A DNA stretch of 64,000 nt, from contig DATJHI010000003.1 of assembly GCA_035493955.1 (NCBI GenBank), positions 971 to 64,970 of the forward strand. Direction: 5' to 3'. The first letter of the stretch is position 1. The number at the start of each line of letters is the position of its first letter. Origin of the DNA: Caulobacteraceae bacterium. GTDB lineage: Bacteria; Pseudomonadota; Alphaproteobacteria; Caulobacterales; Caulobacteraceae. The translations under genes and the position numbers were made by a program. The notes beneath the pieces are model-generated. The model was not told the origin of the DNA. It made no database searches and was given only the letters and a program-made list of their open reading frames with translations. Positions 13,979-22,333 of the stretch are shown piece after piece.

Positions 13979-14467
13979 ATGACTCGGCTTTTTCCGGCGG
14001 CTTTGGTCCTGTCTGCGGCGCTGGCCGTCTTCGGGCCGAATTCGGCCAGTGCGCAGGAGGTGCGCAGCCTGGACGGAGCGGCGCCGGCGGCGGCGAGTAT
14101 CGACGCCTTCAGGGGCCTCGCCGGCTCCTGGGTTGGACCGGCCGGGGCGGCGGCCTTTTCCGCGCCGACCAATGGTCAGATCGTCGGCTATCTGATGCTG
14201 GCCCAGGTGGAGGAACTGTGGATTCTGCGTCAGGAGGGTCCGACCGTGACCCTGCGCCAGAAGATCTTCGGGGCCGATCTGGCCGAACGCGAAGACAAGG
14301 ACAAGTTCGAGGTGCGGCCCCTGGTCGGCCTCGACGCCGGTCACCTCTATATGGAGAACACCACCTTCGAGCCGGCGGGCGACAGCCTGACCATCGTCGC
14401 CCGCTTTCCGGGCCAGAACGGCGCGGCGCCCCACTTCCTGCGGATCGAACTCAAGCGCGCCAAATAG
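13979..14467 (+). CDS. Secreted protein of unknown function
   Basis: 162 aa with a cleavable-looking signal peptide (MTRLFPAALVLSAALAVFGPNSASA). High GC3. I recognise no catalytic motif. Confidence 0.6.
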   Translation: MTRLFPAALVLSAALAVFGPNSASAQEVRSLDGAAPAAASIDAFRGLAGSWVGPAGAAAFSAPTNGQIVGYLMLAQVEELWILRQEGPTVTLRQKIFGADLAEREDKDKFEVRPLVGLDAGHLYMENTTFEPAGDSLTIVARFPGQNGAAPHFLRIELKRAK

Positions 14468-14801
14468 GGCAGGCCCGCATCCCGGGGCGCCGGTGAAACA
14501 GTCGGCGGCTCCTTCGGCTGAAGACTGTGAACCGCCGCGCCTGATCCATGGGCCTTTGCTCGTCGCCAGGGCTGGCCCGGAGAGCGTCGCAGCCGACCCC
14601 TTGTCCGATCGTAGACAAGTCGCCAGTCTCGGTCGGTCCTCGTCGTCGAGCCAAAGGACATGGCGGCAAAGGCGCCTAGGGCCGCGGAGCCTCTTTTCTT
14701 TGCTACAGAATGATACAGAATGCTAAAAAGCGGCTTGGCCGGGGGGCGGATAGGGGCTTCAGGTCCTCGGGTTTGCGCAAAACAACATACAGGGAGGGAC
14801 C

Positions 14802-15968
14802 ATGAGGTTCAGGACGAACTATCTCCTGCTGGGCGCGGCCATGGCGGCGCTCCTCGTGCCCGTCGTTGGCGGCCACGCCGCCACCCCGGCCCCGGCGTGG
14901 CCGACGAAGTGGCCGTCCTCCGTGGCCGAAAACACCCGGTTGCAGGATGAGCTGGTCAAGACCGACTACACCGCGGAAGAAAAGCGCAACATCCTGACCA
15001 TCCTCAACGAGGAGAGTGACGAAGCGCGCGCCGCGTGGCTGAAGAATCCGAAGCGCGCCCCGCACGAAGGCTTCCCCGGCCTCGACAAGTATTACGGCGC
15101 CAAGGGCTACGACGAAGCCACCTCGATCCCGGATCGCAAGGACCGGATCCTCGACATCCTGGCCAAGGACAATCGCGTATTCGGCGTCTACACGATTTCG
15201 GGCCATCACCAGGGCATGATGTGGGGCTGGAAGGGCGACGGCAAACCGGTCGAGATCCTCGCCTTCTTCTACCGGACCTTCGACCCGCAGGGGCGGACGA
15301 TCGAGAACTACTTCCACACCGAGGAATTGCAGCTCTATGTCGCCCTTGGCGGCAAGACGGCATTCCCCAAGGACGGCCTCGCAGCACAGGTCGCCGAAGC
15401 GCCCAAGCCGGGCACGCCGGTCACGGAGCGGGCCCGGCCTGCGCCGCCGCCCCCATTGCCGACGACATGGCCCCCGACGAAGTGGCCCTCGGGGACCTTG
15501 AGCCCCAAGCTGATCAAATGGCTGAGCGAGGCCCACTGGACCGAAGAAGAAAAGCCGGTTCTGTGGAGGGCGCTGGCGGCGAACGAATTCGTGGCTCCCG
15601 ACTACAACAGTCCACAGGATTTCACGGTCACGCCGTTCTGCGGGATTTCCTGTCCGAAGGGTCGTCGGGGCTTTGATTACATAGACTACCTGGCGGGCTC
15701 CCACGCCTATAACGGCGCCCGTTCCGTGCGTGACCGCTTTGTCGAAACCGACGACATCATCGTCAAGGGCAAGCGCGTCATCAAGGTGTTCCACGGGTAC
15801 GGCCATCAGACCGGATACCTGTACGGCTTTCCGGGCGACGGTCATTTCGTTGAATGGAAGGAAATCGGCTCGGGCAACAGCGGCGCGGGTCTGAGAGCCG
15901 AAGAGCTTCAGTTCTATGTGTCCATGGGAGGAAAACTGCAATTCCCGGGCAAGCCGCCAGTCCCTTGA
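14802..15968 (+). CDS. Secreted protein with two SnoaL/NTF2-like (ester-cyclase-like) halves, paralog A
   Basis: 388 aa: signal peptide, then two homologous halves joined by a Pro-rich linker. Shared landmarks are WP(P)TKWPS, T(A/E)EEK, (H/G)HQ(G/T), G.(K/P)GDG and EELQ(L/F)YV..GGK..FP. AGGGAGGG RBS is present. Confidence 0.75.
   Translation: MRFRTNYLLLGAAMAALLVPVVGGHAATPAPAWPTKWPSSVAENTRLQDELVKTDYTAEEKRNILTILNEESDEARAAWLKNPKRAPHEGFPGLDKYYGAKGYDEATSIPDRKDRILDILAKDNRVFGVYTISGHHQGMMWGWKGDGKPVEILAFFYRTFDPQGRTIENYFHTEELQLYVALGGKTAFPKDGLAAQVAEAPKPGTPVTERARPAPPPPLPTTWPPTKWPSGTLSPKLIKWLSEAHWTEEEKPVLWRALAANEFVAPDYNSPQDFTVTPFCGISCPKGRRGFDYIDYLAGSHAYNGARSVRDRFVETDDIIVKGKRVIKVFHGYGHQTGYLYGFPGDGHFVEWKEIGSGNSGAGLRAEELQFYVSMGGKLQFPGKPPVP
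14861..15413 (+). repeat. Near-identical 553-bp block, copy 1 (N-terminal half of paralog A)
   Basis: Aligns without indels to 16125..16677 at a constant offset of 1264 nt, with about 28 mismatches by my hand alignment. Confidence 0.9.
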
Positions 15969-16065
15969 AGGCGGCGTAACCGCAAGCCGCGGGCCGGCCG
16001 GCGAGTCCGAGCCCGCGAGTTTGCACATAAAAACAACAATATAAAATCGCCACTAGGTGAGGGCC

Positions 16066-17226
16066 ATGAAGCTCGGGACCAAATATCTCCTACAGGGCGC
16101 CGTCGTCGCGACCCTGCTCTTGTCCGTCGTTGGCGGCCACGCCGCCACCCCGGCCCCGGCGTGGCCGACGAAATGGCCGTCCTCCGTGGCCGAAAACACC
16201 CGGTTGCAGGATGAGCTGGTCAAGACCGACTACACCGCGGAAGAAAAGCGCAACATCCTGACCATCCTCAACGAGGAAAGTGACGAAGCGCGCGCCGCGT
16301 GGCTGAAGGATCCGAAACGCGCGCCGCACGAGGGCTTCCCCGGCCTCGACAAGTATTACGGCGCCAAGGGCTACGACGAAGCGACCTCGATCCCGGATCG
16401 CAAGGACCGGATCCTCGACATCCTGGCCAAGGACAATCGCGTGTTCGGCGCCTATGTCATCTCGGGTCATCATCAGGGGACGATGTGGGGCTGGAAGGGC
16501 GACGGCAAGCCGGTCGAAATCCTCGCCTTCTTCTACCGGACTTTCGACCCGCAGGGGCGGACGATCGAGAACTACTTCCATACCGAGGAATTGCAGCTCT
16601 ATGTCGCCCTTGGCGGCAAGGCGGAATTCCCCAAGGACGGCATCGCCGCGCAGATCGCCGAAGCGCCCAAGCCGGGCGCGCCGACGCCGCCGCGCACGCC
16701 TCCGGCGCCGCTGCCGGCCTTGACGAGCTGGCCGCCGACTCCCTGGCCTGAGGGGGTCATAAGTCCCAAGCTGAAAAAATGGCTCGCCGAGGCCCACTGG
16801 ACCGAAGAAGAAAAGCAGAACCTGTGGAAGGCCCTACACGCCAATACGTTCGTGGCCGGGGACTACAACACCCCCCAGGACTTCACGGTCGCTCCATTTT
16901 GCGGGATTACCTGCACCAGGCGTCGCGGCTTTGATTACCTCGACTATCTCTCGGGCATCCACGGCTACAATGCGGCCCGCTCGGTGCGGGACCGCTTCGT
17001 CGAAACCGACGACGTCATCGCCAAGGGCAGCCGCGTGATCCGGGTGTTCAAGGGGCACGGCCACCAGACGGGATATTTCTATGGCTTCCCGGGCGACGGC
17101 CACGCCCTCGAATTCATCGAAATCGGCACCGGAAACGCCGGCGTCGGCGGCAGAGCCGAAGAGCTTCAGCTCTTTGTGGCTATGGGTGGAAAGCTGCAAT
17201 TCCCCGGCAAACCGCCCGTTCCTTAG
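16066..17226 (+). CDS. Secreted protein with two SnoaL/NTF2-like halves, paralog B
   Basis: Same architecture as 14802..15968. Start set at ATG 16066 (MKLGTKYLL...) after GGTGAGGG. The track start 16057 is a GTG three codons upstream. Confidence 0.75.
   Translation: MKLGTKYLLQGAVVATLLLSVVGGHAATPAPAWPTKWPSSVAENTRLQDELVKTDYTAEEKRNILTILNEESDEARAAWLKDPKRAPHEGFPGLDKYYGAKGYDEATSIPDRKDRILDILAKDNRVFGAYVISGHHQGTMWGWKGDGKPVEILAFFYRTFDPQGRTIENYFHTEELQLYVALGGKAEFPKDGIAAQIAEAPKPGAPTPPRTPPAPLPALTSWPPTPWPEGVISPKLKKWLAEAHWTEEEKQNLWKALHANTFVAGDYNTPQDFTVAPFCGITCTRRRGFDYLDYLSGIHGYNAARSVRDRFVETDDVIAKGSRVIRVFKGHGHQTGYFYGFPGDGHALEFIEIGTGNAGVGGRAEELQLFVAMGGKLQFPGKPPVP
16125..16677 (+). repeat. Near-identical 553-bp block, copy 2 (N-terminal half of paralog B)
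   Basis: See copy 1. The flanking signal-peptide and C-terminal-half sequences are much more diverged. Confidence 0.9.
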
Positions 17227-17241
17227 GGCGGTGCGACTAAC

Positions 17242-17275
17242 GAAAGGACCTTGCGGGAGATCGCAGGGCCCTTTC
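17242..17275. terminator. Hairpin between convergent genes (paralog B and oxidoreductase)
   Basis: GAAAGGACCTTGCG-ggagat-CGCAGGGCCCTTTC: a 14-bp stem with 2 mismatches. The A/T-rich flanks could serve both strands. Confidence 0.35.
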
Positions 17276-17306
17276 ATCGCCCAGCGATGAGGCCGGCCGT
17301 GGCCAG

Positions 17307-18326
17307 CTACTTCACCGTCTCCATCCTCCCCGACCGCGCCGAGGCGATAATGGCGTCCGTCGCCGCCACGCCCTGGATCATCTGGTCGTAGGGGACGGGG
17401 TAGGGAACGCCGTCGGTCGCGGCGACGGCGAAGGCGTCGAGCTCGGCGCGGTTGACGTCGAACTCCGGCACGTCGATCCACTCGGCCTCGCCCTTCACCG
17501 GCTGAATCATATAGCTGCCGAACAGGCCTGCCCGGCGCTGGTGCGAGGATTGGCCGGCCACGTGGGTTGCGCCGCCCAGCCGGGCCATGGCTTTTGATCC
17601 GTATGCGGCGAAACGGAAGGCTCCCGCGGTGGCCGTCATGGTCCCAATGTAGGCCGACATGCCGGCCTTCAGGCGCAGCAGGATGGACGTGGTGTCGTCG
17701 TTCTGCACCGGCGCGGCCCGGTGCAGGCTCTGGCAAAACACCTGATCGATCTCGCCCGCCAGGTCGATGAAGCCGTCGACGGCGTGAACGCCCATGGGGA
17801 ACAGGCCCCCGCACGGCGCCTCCTCAGCCTGGGCGCGCCAGGCCTTTTGCGTCATCGACAGGGCGTTGGGCCCGCCGAGGGTGCATTCCATGTGCAGGAT
17901 GGTTCCGAGTTCCCCTGACTGCAGCCGGCGCTTCAGGTCGATCCATGAGGGATGGAAGCGGCGGTTGTAGCCCAGGGCCAGGGTCAGGCCGGCCTTCTCC
18001 ATGACGCCCACGGCTTCCTCCGCCTCGGCCTTGCTCATGGTGAAGGGCTTTTCGCAGAAGACGTGCTTGCCGGCCCGGGCCGCGGCGACGATCTGGTCTC
18101 GATGCCCCGAGGGCGGGGTGGCCAGGACCACGGCGTGGATGTCCGGGTCGGCCAGCAGATCGGCGTAGGTTTCCAGCCTGAGGTTGTGAGCTTCGGCGAA
18201 CAGCCGGTCCTTGTCCGAGCGCGTGCGGGTGGCCGCGGCGGTGAAGCGGATCAACTCGCCGCCCTGGACCGCGTCCACCAGGGTTCCCCCCCACCAGCCC
18301 AGCCCGACGATGGCGGCGTTCAGCAT
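17307..18326 (-). CDS. Gfo/Idh/MocA-family NAD(P)-dependent oxidoreductase
   Basis: Trimmed to ATG 18326 (MLNAAIVGLGWWGG...). Rossmann N-terminus and the family motif HVFCEKP. Confidence 0.85.
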   Translation of the reverse strand: MLNAAIVGLGWWGGTLVDAVQGGELIRFTAAATRTRSDKDRLFAEAHNLRLETYADLLADPDIHAVVLATPPSGHRDQIVAAARAGKHVFCEKPFTMSKAEAEEAVGVMEKAGLTLALGYNRRFHPSWIDLKRRLQSGELGTILHMECTLGGPNALSMTQKAWRAQAEEAPCGGLFPMGVHAVDGFIDLAGEIDQVFCQSLHRAAPVQNDDTTSILLRLKAGMSAYIGTMTATAGAFRFAAYGSKAMARLGGATHVAGQSSHQRRAGLFGSYMIQPVKGEAEWIDVPEFDVNRAELDAFAVAATDGVPYPVPYDQMIQGVAATDAIIASARSGRMETVK

Positions 18327-18477
18327 TCGACTTGTCCCGGCGGCTCGATTTGACGCCAGGGCACGGTAGTCCGACTTCGCCGACAGGATTGTACAAATGT
18401 TTGCGCGCGCCGCCCCTGGCCCGGCCGACGGCGCCGGGCCACTATGACGTCTGCGCCGACAGGGGATTTCGCAGACC

Positions 18478-18891
18478 ATGGACGACCACGACCGCGCCGA
18501 TCCCGACCTTCCGCCTCAGGGCGAGCCGGTGATCCGGACCATCGCCATGCCCAGCGACACCAATCCCGAGGGCGACATCTTCGGCGGCTGGCTGGTGTCG
18601 CAGATGGACCTGGCGGGCGCCACGGTCGCCTTCCGCCTGGCCAAGGGACGCTGCGCCACCGTGGCCGTCGACGGCATGACCTTCCTCCGCCCGGTGTCCG
18701 TAGGCGACGAGGTCAGCCTCTACGGTCGGGCAATCAAGGTCGGGCGCACCTCGGTGCAGGTGATGGTCGAGGCCTGGCGTCGCCGCCGCGACGGGGAGGC
18801 CTCTAATCGGGTGACGGTGGGCGCCTTCACCTATGTGGCGATCGGCCAGGATCGCCGCCCCCGCCCGATCAGTCCGGCGGTCGGGGGATAA
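18478..18891 (+). CDS. Acyl-CoA thioesterase (hotdog fold, YciA-like)
   Basis: 137 aa. MPSDTNPEGDIFGGWLVSQMDLAG...VAVDGMTFLRPVSVGDEV matches the YciA-type thioesterase pattern. Confidence 0.8.
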   Translation: MDDHDRADPDLPPQGEPVIRTIAMPSDTNPEGDIFGGWLVSQMDLAGATVAFRLAKGRCATVAVDGMTFLRPVSVGDEVSLYGRAIKVGRTSVQVMVEAWRRRRDGEASNRVTVGAFTYVAIGQDRRPRPISPAVGG

Positions 18892-19068
18892 GGACCCTCC
18901 GACTTGTATCCGCCACCCGGCGCCTTAAGCTTGGCCGTAGGCGAGATGCCGTCGTTGCCTCGGCAACAGTGCATCCCAGTTCGCGTTCCCGCATTTTCAA
19001 CACTGTAGAGCTCTGTTCCTCCCTCAAAGGGAGGCGCATCTGTGCAAACGACAAACAGGAGCCGCTAG

Positions 19069-19761
19069 ATGAAGAAACTAATCGCGCCCGCCCTCGTGGC
19101 CGTCTGCATGGCCGGCGTCGCGTTGCCCGCTGCGGCCCAGCCCTACGGCGCCCCTCGACCCGCCGCTCCGGTTCCGCCCGGCGGCGGACGTGGCCTTCAA
19201 CTGGCTCAACGGGCGGACCAGTTGGAGCAGCGGATCCGGCGCGGCGTCGCCGACGGCTCGCTGGATCGCCGCGAAGCGGACCGGGCGCAGGCCGAGCTTG
19301 CCGCCGTGCGCCGCCTGCAGGCCGATCTGCTGGCCCGGGGCCGGGGGGCGTTGAGCCAGGCCGACCGCCAGCAGATCTCGGCGCGGCTCGACCAACTCGA
19401 GCGCAGCATCCGTTGGCTGCGCACCAACGATCGTGTCGGCGCAAACCGCGACGACCGGGGCGCTTCCGACTTCCGCTATGGTTATGGCCGCGACTTCTGG
19501 AACGGGGCGCCCCAGACCCTGGAACAGCGGGTGGACTGGCTGGAAACCCGCGTTCGCCGGGGGACCGAGAGCGGCGCCCTCACCCGTGGCGAGGCCGACC
19601 GCGCCTTCGCAATGCTGCGCGACTTCCGCCGCATGCGCGCCGATCTCTTGGCCCAGCGGGGCGGCCGCCTGACCCGGCGCGACCAGGACCGGCTGTCCGA
19701 TCGGCTGAACGCCATCTCGCAGCAGATCCGCTGGTTGCAGACCAACAATCGGCGCGACTGA
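19069..19761 (+). CDS. Secreted helical protein with an internal tandem duplication, function unknown
   Basis: 230 aa: signal peptide (MKKLIAPALVAVCMAGVALPAAA), then two repeats of about 75 aa, each ending in IRWL(R/Q)TN(D/N)R. AGGAG RBS. Confidence 0.65.
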   Translation: MKKLIAPALVAVCMAGVALPAAAQPYGAPRPAAPVPPGGGRGLQLAQRADQLEQRIRRGVADGSLDRREADRAQAELAAVRRLQADLLARGRGALSQADRQQISARLDQLERSIRWLRTNDRVGANRDDRGASDFRYGYGRDFWNGAPQTLEQRVDWLETRVRRGTESGALTRGEADRAFAMLRDFRRMRADLLAQRGGRLTRRDQDRLSDRLNAISQQIRWLQTNNRRD

Positions 19762-19885
19762 TCCCCTGTCCGCTCGGCCCTGCAGCATGGATTGCTGCAG
19801 GGCTGACGCGGTGGAGTTGCCCTGTCCCCCCGCCAGGTCCAAGTTGCGCTGGAGCCGCACAAGCGAGCCTTTGGGGAGGTCTCCG

Positions 19886-20989
19886 TTGCAACGCCTGTTC
19901 GCCGCAGCCTTGCTGCTGCTGATCCCCTGCGCTTCCGCCGCCCAGACCCCGCCGCCGCAGATCCCCTTCGAGGGGATCGACGTCCTCAAGCCGCCCCCCG
20001 ACATGCATCTGGGGGAAGTCGCCGGCGTGGCGGTGAACGCCCAGAAGCATATCTTCGTGTTCCACCGCGGAAACACCGACGGTCCCGCCTATGGCGCCGC
20101 GGCCGCCCAGCTTCTGGAATTCGGGCCCGACGGCAAGTTCCTGCGCGAGATCGGCAAGCACCTCTACGCCTGGTCCTTCGCCCACACGGTCCGCATCGAC
20201 CCCCAGGGCAATATCTGGGCCGCCGACAAGGGCTCGGACATGGTCATCCGCTTCAATCCGGCGGGCAAGGTGACCATGGTGTTCGGCCGCAAGCCCGAAG
20301 CCAGTGATGAGAACGCGCATCCGCTGGAGCACCCCATGCCGCCGCGCCCCCCCGTCGACGGCCAGTTCCGCCAGGTCACCGACATGGCCTGGGACAGCCA
20401 CGGCGCCACCTATATTTCCGACGGCTACATCAACTCGCGCGTCGCCAAGATCGACAAGGACGGCAGGTGGCTTAAGTCCTGGGGCTCCTTCGGCTCGGAG
20501 CCCGGCCAGTTCAACACCCTGCACGCGATCGCCGTCGATGCGCACGACCGCGTCTATGTCGCGGACCGCGGCAACCGGCGAATCCAGGTGTTCGACACCG
20601 AGGGCAAGCTGCTCAAGATCATCACCATCGACGTTCCCTATCCCGCCGATGCGGCGCCGGCGATCGGCCCCCGTCCCCAGCCCGGACCCGACGGCTTCAC
20701 GGGGACCGGCAACCAGAACCAGATGCCGGGCTCGCCTTGGACCCTGTGCATCACCCCCATCGGGCCCAAGGGCCAGTTCCTCTATGTGTCGGACGCCTTT
20801 CCCGGGCGGATCTACAAGCTCGACCTCGATGGCCATGTGCTCGGATGGCTCGGCAGCGCGGGCAAGCAGCTCAAGCAGTTCGGCTGGGTCCACGAGATCG
20901 CCTGCCCATCGGAGAACGAGCTTTACGTCGGCGAGATCCTGAACTGGCGGATGCAGAAGCTGATCCTGCACCCCGACCGGGCGAGATAG
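19886..20989 (+). CDS. NHL-repeat six-bladed beta-propeller protein (peptidyl-alpha-hydroxyglycine lyase-like), secreted
   Basis: Repeated NHL-type blades (e.g. GQFNTLHAIAVDAHDRVYVADRGNRRIQVFD). Start proposed at TTG 19886, 5 nt after GGGGAGG, which gives the signal peptide LQRLFAAALLLLIPCASAA. The track start 19787 adds an unlikely Cys/Arg-rich leader. Confidence 0.75.
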   Translation: MQRLFAAALLLLIPCASAAQTPPPQIPFEGIDVLKPPPDMHLGEVAGVAVNAQKHIFVFHRGNTDGPAYGAAAAQLLEFGPDGKFLREIGKHLYAWSFAHTVRIDPQGNIWAADKGSDMVIRFNPAGKVTMVFGRKPEASDENAHPLEHPMPPRPPVDGQFRQVTDMAWDSHGATYISDGYINSRVAKIDKDGRWLKSWGSFGSEPGQFNTLHAIAVDAHDRVYVADRGNRRIQVFDTEGKLLKIITIDVPYPADAAPAIGPRPQPGPDGFTGTGNQNQMPGSPWTLCITPIGPKGQFLYVSDAFPGRIYKLDLDGHVLGWLGSAGKQLKQFGWVHEIACPSENELYVGEILNWRMQKLILHPDRAR

Positions 20990-20996
20990 GCGCCGA

Positions 20997-21482
20997 TCAG
21001 GGCCGGTTCGAAGCGCAGTCTTCGTCCGACAATCTTTTCACCATGTCCCGCAGGCTTTCCACCAACTGTTGCTGAACCGCATTGTCTTCCGACACCGGCA
21101 TTCCGCGCAGAAGCTGGATGGTGGAAACGTGGACGCTGATCGCCTCCGGGCGCCAATTGGCGGCGGCTTCGAAATGGTCGATCAGGACGCACAGGCTATG
21201 GGCGGCCTCTCCCAGTTGGGGGCGCTTGCAGAGCCCGCCGAGGCCCGCGATCTCCCGCGCGGCGACGTAGAGGGGATCATTCCTTCCGACCGGCCGGCCA
21301 AGGGTCCCGGCGCCTTCGGTCAAGGTGGCGATAAGCCGGTCGATCTCGACCAGGCAGGCCCCCGCCATCGCCAGCAGACCCGCCTCGGCGTCGTTGACGG
21401 CCGCCGATGCCCTTTTCCCGCCCGGCGCGACGATTATTTTCGCGAGCCTGTTCTCGTAGGTGAGAAACCGCGCAAAGCTCAC
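20997..21482 (-). CDS. Hypothetical protein, translationally coupled to the upstream atypical response regulator
   Basis: 161 aa with high GC3. Its GTG start overlaps the regulator stop (GTGA, 21479..21482). Predicted helical. I considered an Hpt-like role but found no convincing HxxKG motif. Confidence 0.55.
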   Translation of the reverse strand: MSFARFLTYENRLAKIIVAPGGKRASAAVNDAEAGLLAMAGACLVEIDRLIATLTEGAGTLGRPVGRNDPLYVAAREIAGLGGLCKRPQLGEAAHSLCVLIDHFEAAANWRPEAISVHVSTIQLLRGMPVSEDNAVQQQLVESLRDMVKRLSDEDCASNRP

Positions 21483-22051
21483 GGATCGACCCCGTCGTTT
21501 AAGGCGAGGGCGTTCGCCGATATTTCCTTTGTTCCGGCCGTATCAGACCGGCGGCGCCCCGCGACCCCCTCCGGCGGACCAAGCTCGTGGAACCGCCGAT
21601 CGGGACCTGCGAAGCTGTCGGTCTCCAGGAATTGCCGCTTCTCACGCGCCACCCACAAGATCCGCTCCAGGAGGACCTGGGGACTGATGGGTTTGCCGAT
21701 CAGAAAGTTCGCTCCGCTGTCGCGCGCCTTGCTGACGATCGAAGCCCCCGTGTGGGCGGAAAGCAGGATGGTGGGTACGAACCGGTTGTCGTCGCCTTCG
21801 GAGCGCCGGAGCTTTTGGATGAAGTCGTAGACGTCCTCGCCGGGCAACAGGTTTTCCATCACGATCAGGTCGACCTGATAGGCCACTATGGTCTGGTGCG
21901 CCTCGGCCAGCGACCGGCATCGATGAAGATTGCGGACCCCGAACCCGAGGAAGATCGTCGAGAGGATGTCCAGCCCCAGGGCGTTGTCCACGACCAGGAC
22001 GACGGCGCGCTCCAGATTGATCCGCACTTTGTCGGAAAAAGCGGTGCTCAT
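21479..22051 (-). CDS. Atypical CheY-like receiver protein (pseudo-receiver) with an Arg-rich C-terminal extension
   Basis: Trimmed to ATG 22051. The receiver fold aligns to CheY: VLVVDN (DD becomes DN), DLIVMENLLP (acceptor Asp becomes Glu), LLSAHT (Thr/Ser kept), LIGKP (Lys kept). The C-terminal tail is FAGPDRRFHELGPPEGVAGRRRSD. Confidence 0.8.
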   Translation of the reverse strand: MSTAFSDKVRINLERAVVLVVDNALGLDILSTIFLGFGVRNLHRCRSLAEAHQTIVAYQVDLIVMENLLPGEDVYDFIQKLRRSEGDDNRFVPTILLSAHTGASIVSKARDSGANFLIGKPISPQVLLERILWVAREKRQFLETDSFAGPDRRFHELGPPEGVAGRRRSDTAGTKEISANALALNDGVDP

Positions 22052-22333
22052 GGGCCAAGCCCTTCGGCCGCCCCAAGACGTAAGCAAAAGCTGCGTGTTT
22101 TCATCCGCCGCCGGAAACTTGATTCGTTCATTAATCTACGTGTTGATACTAGGAGCGGCCGTATCATTTGCAAGTCAACCGTCGCGCGGCCGGCGACCTT
22201 TCCACCAAACCGATCCGGCCGCCGCCCTGGCGAGCGAGCCGGGCTGCAGCGCCGCCGCGGCGGGAAAAAGTTCGTTCAGCAATGCTCCTTCCGTGCGTTG
22301 TGCGAACGGTCGAACTGGTCTTCACTTCATGCG

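Noticed and set aside
14493-14726. 77-aa ORF in the long intergenic region before paralog A
   Set aside because: It has no RBS, a Ser/Arg/Pro-rich translation, and no GC3 bias comparable to real genes here.
20997-21482. Histidine phosphotransfer (Hpt) assignment for the 161-aa protein downstream of the pseudo-receiver
   Set aside because: The only candidate His context (EAAHSLCVLIDHFE) does not match the HxxKG Hpt signature, and the partner receiver lacks an acceptor Asp. The protein is left as hypothetical.
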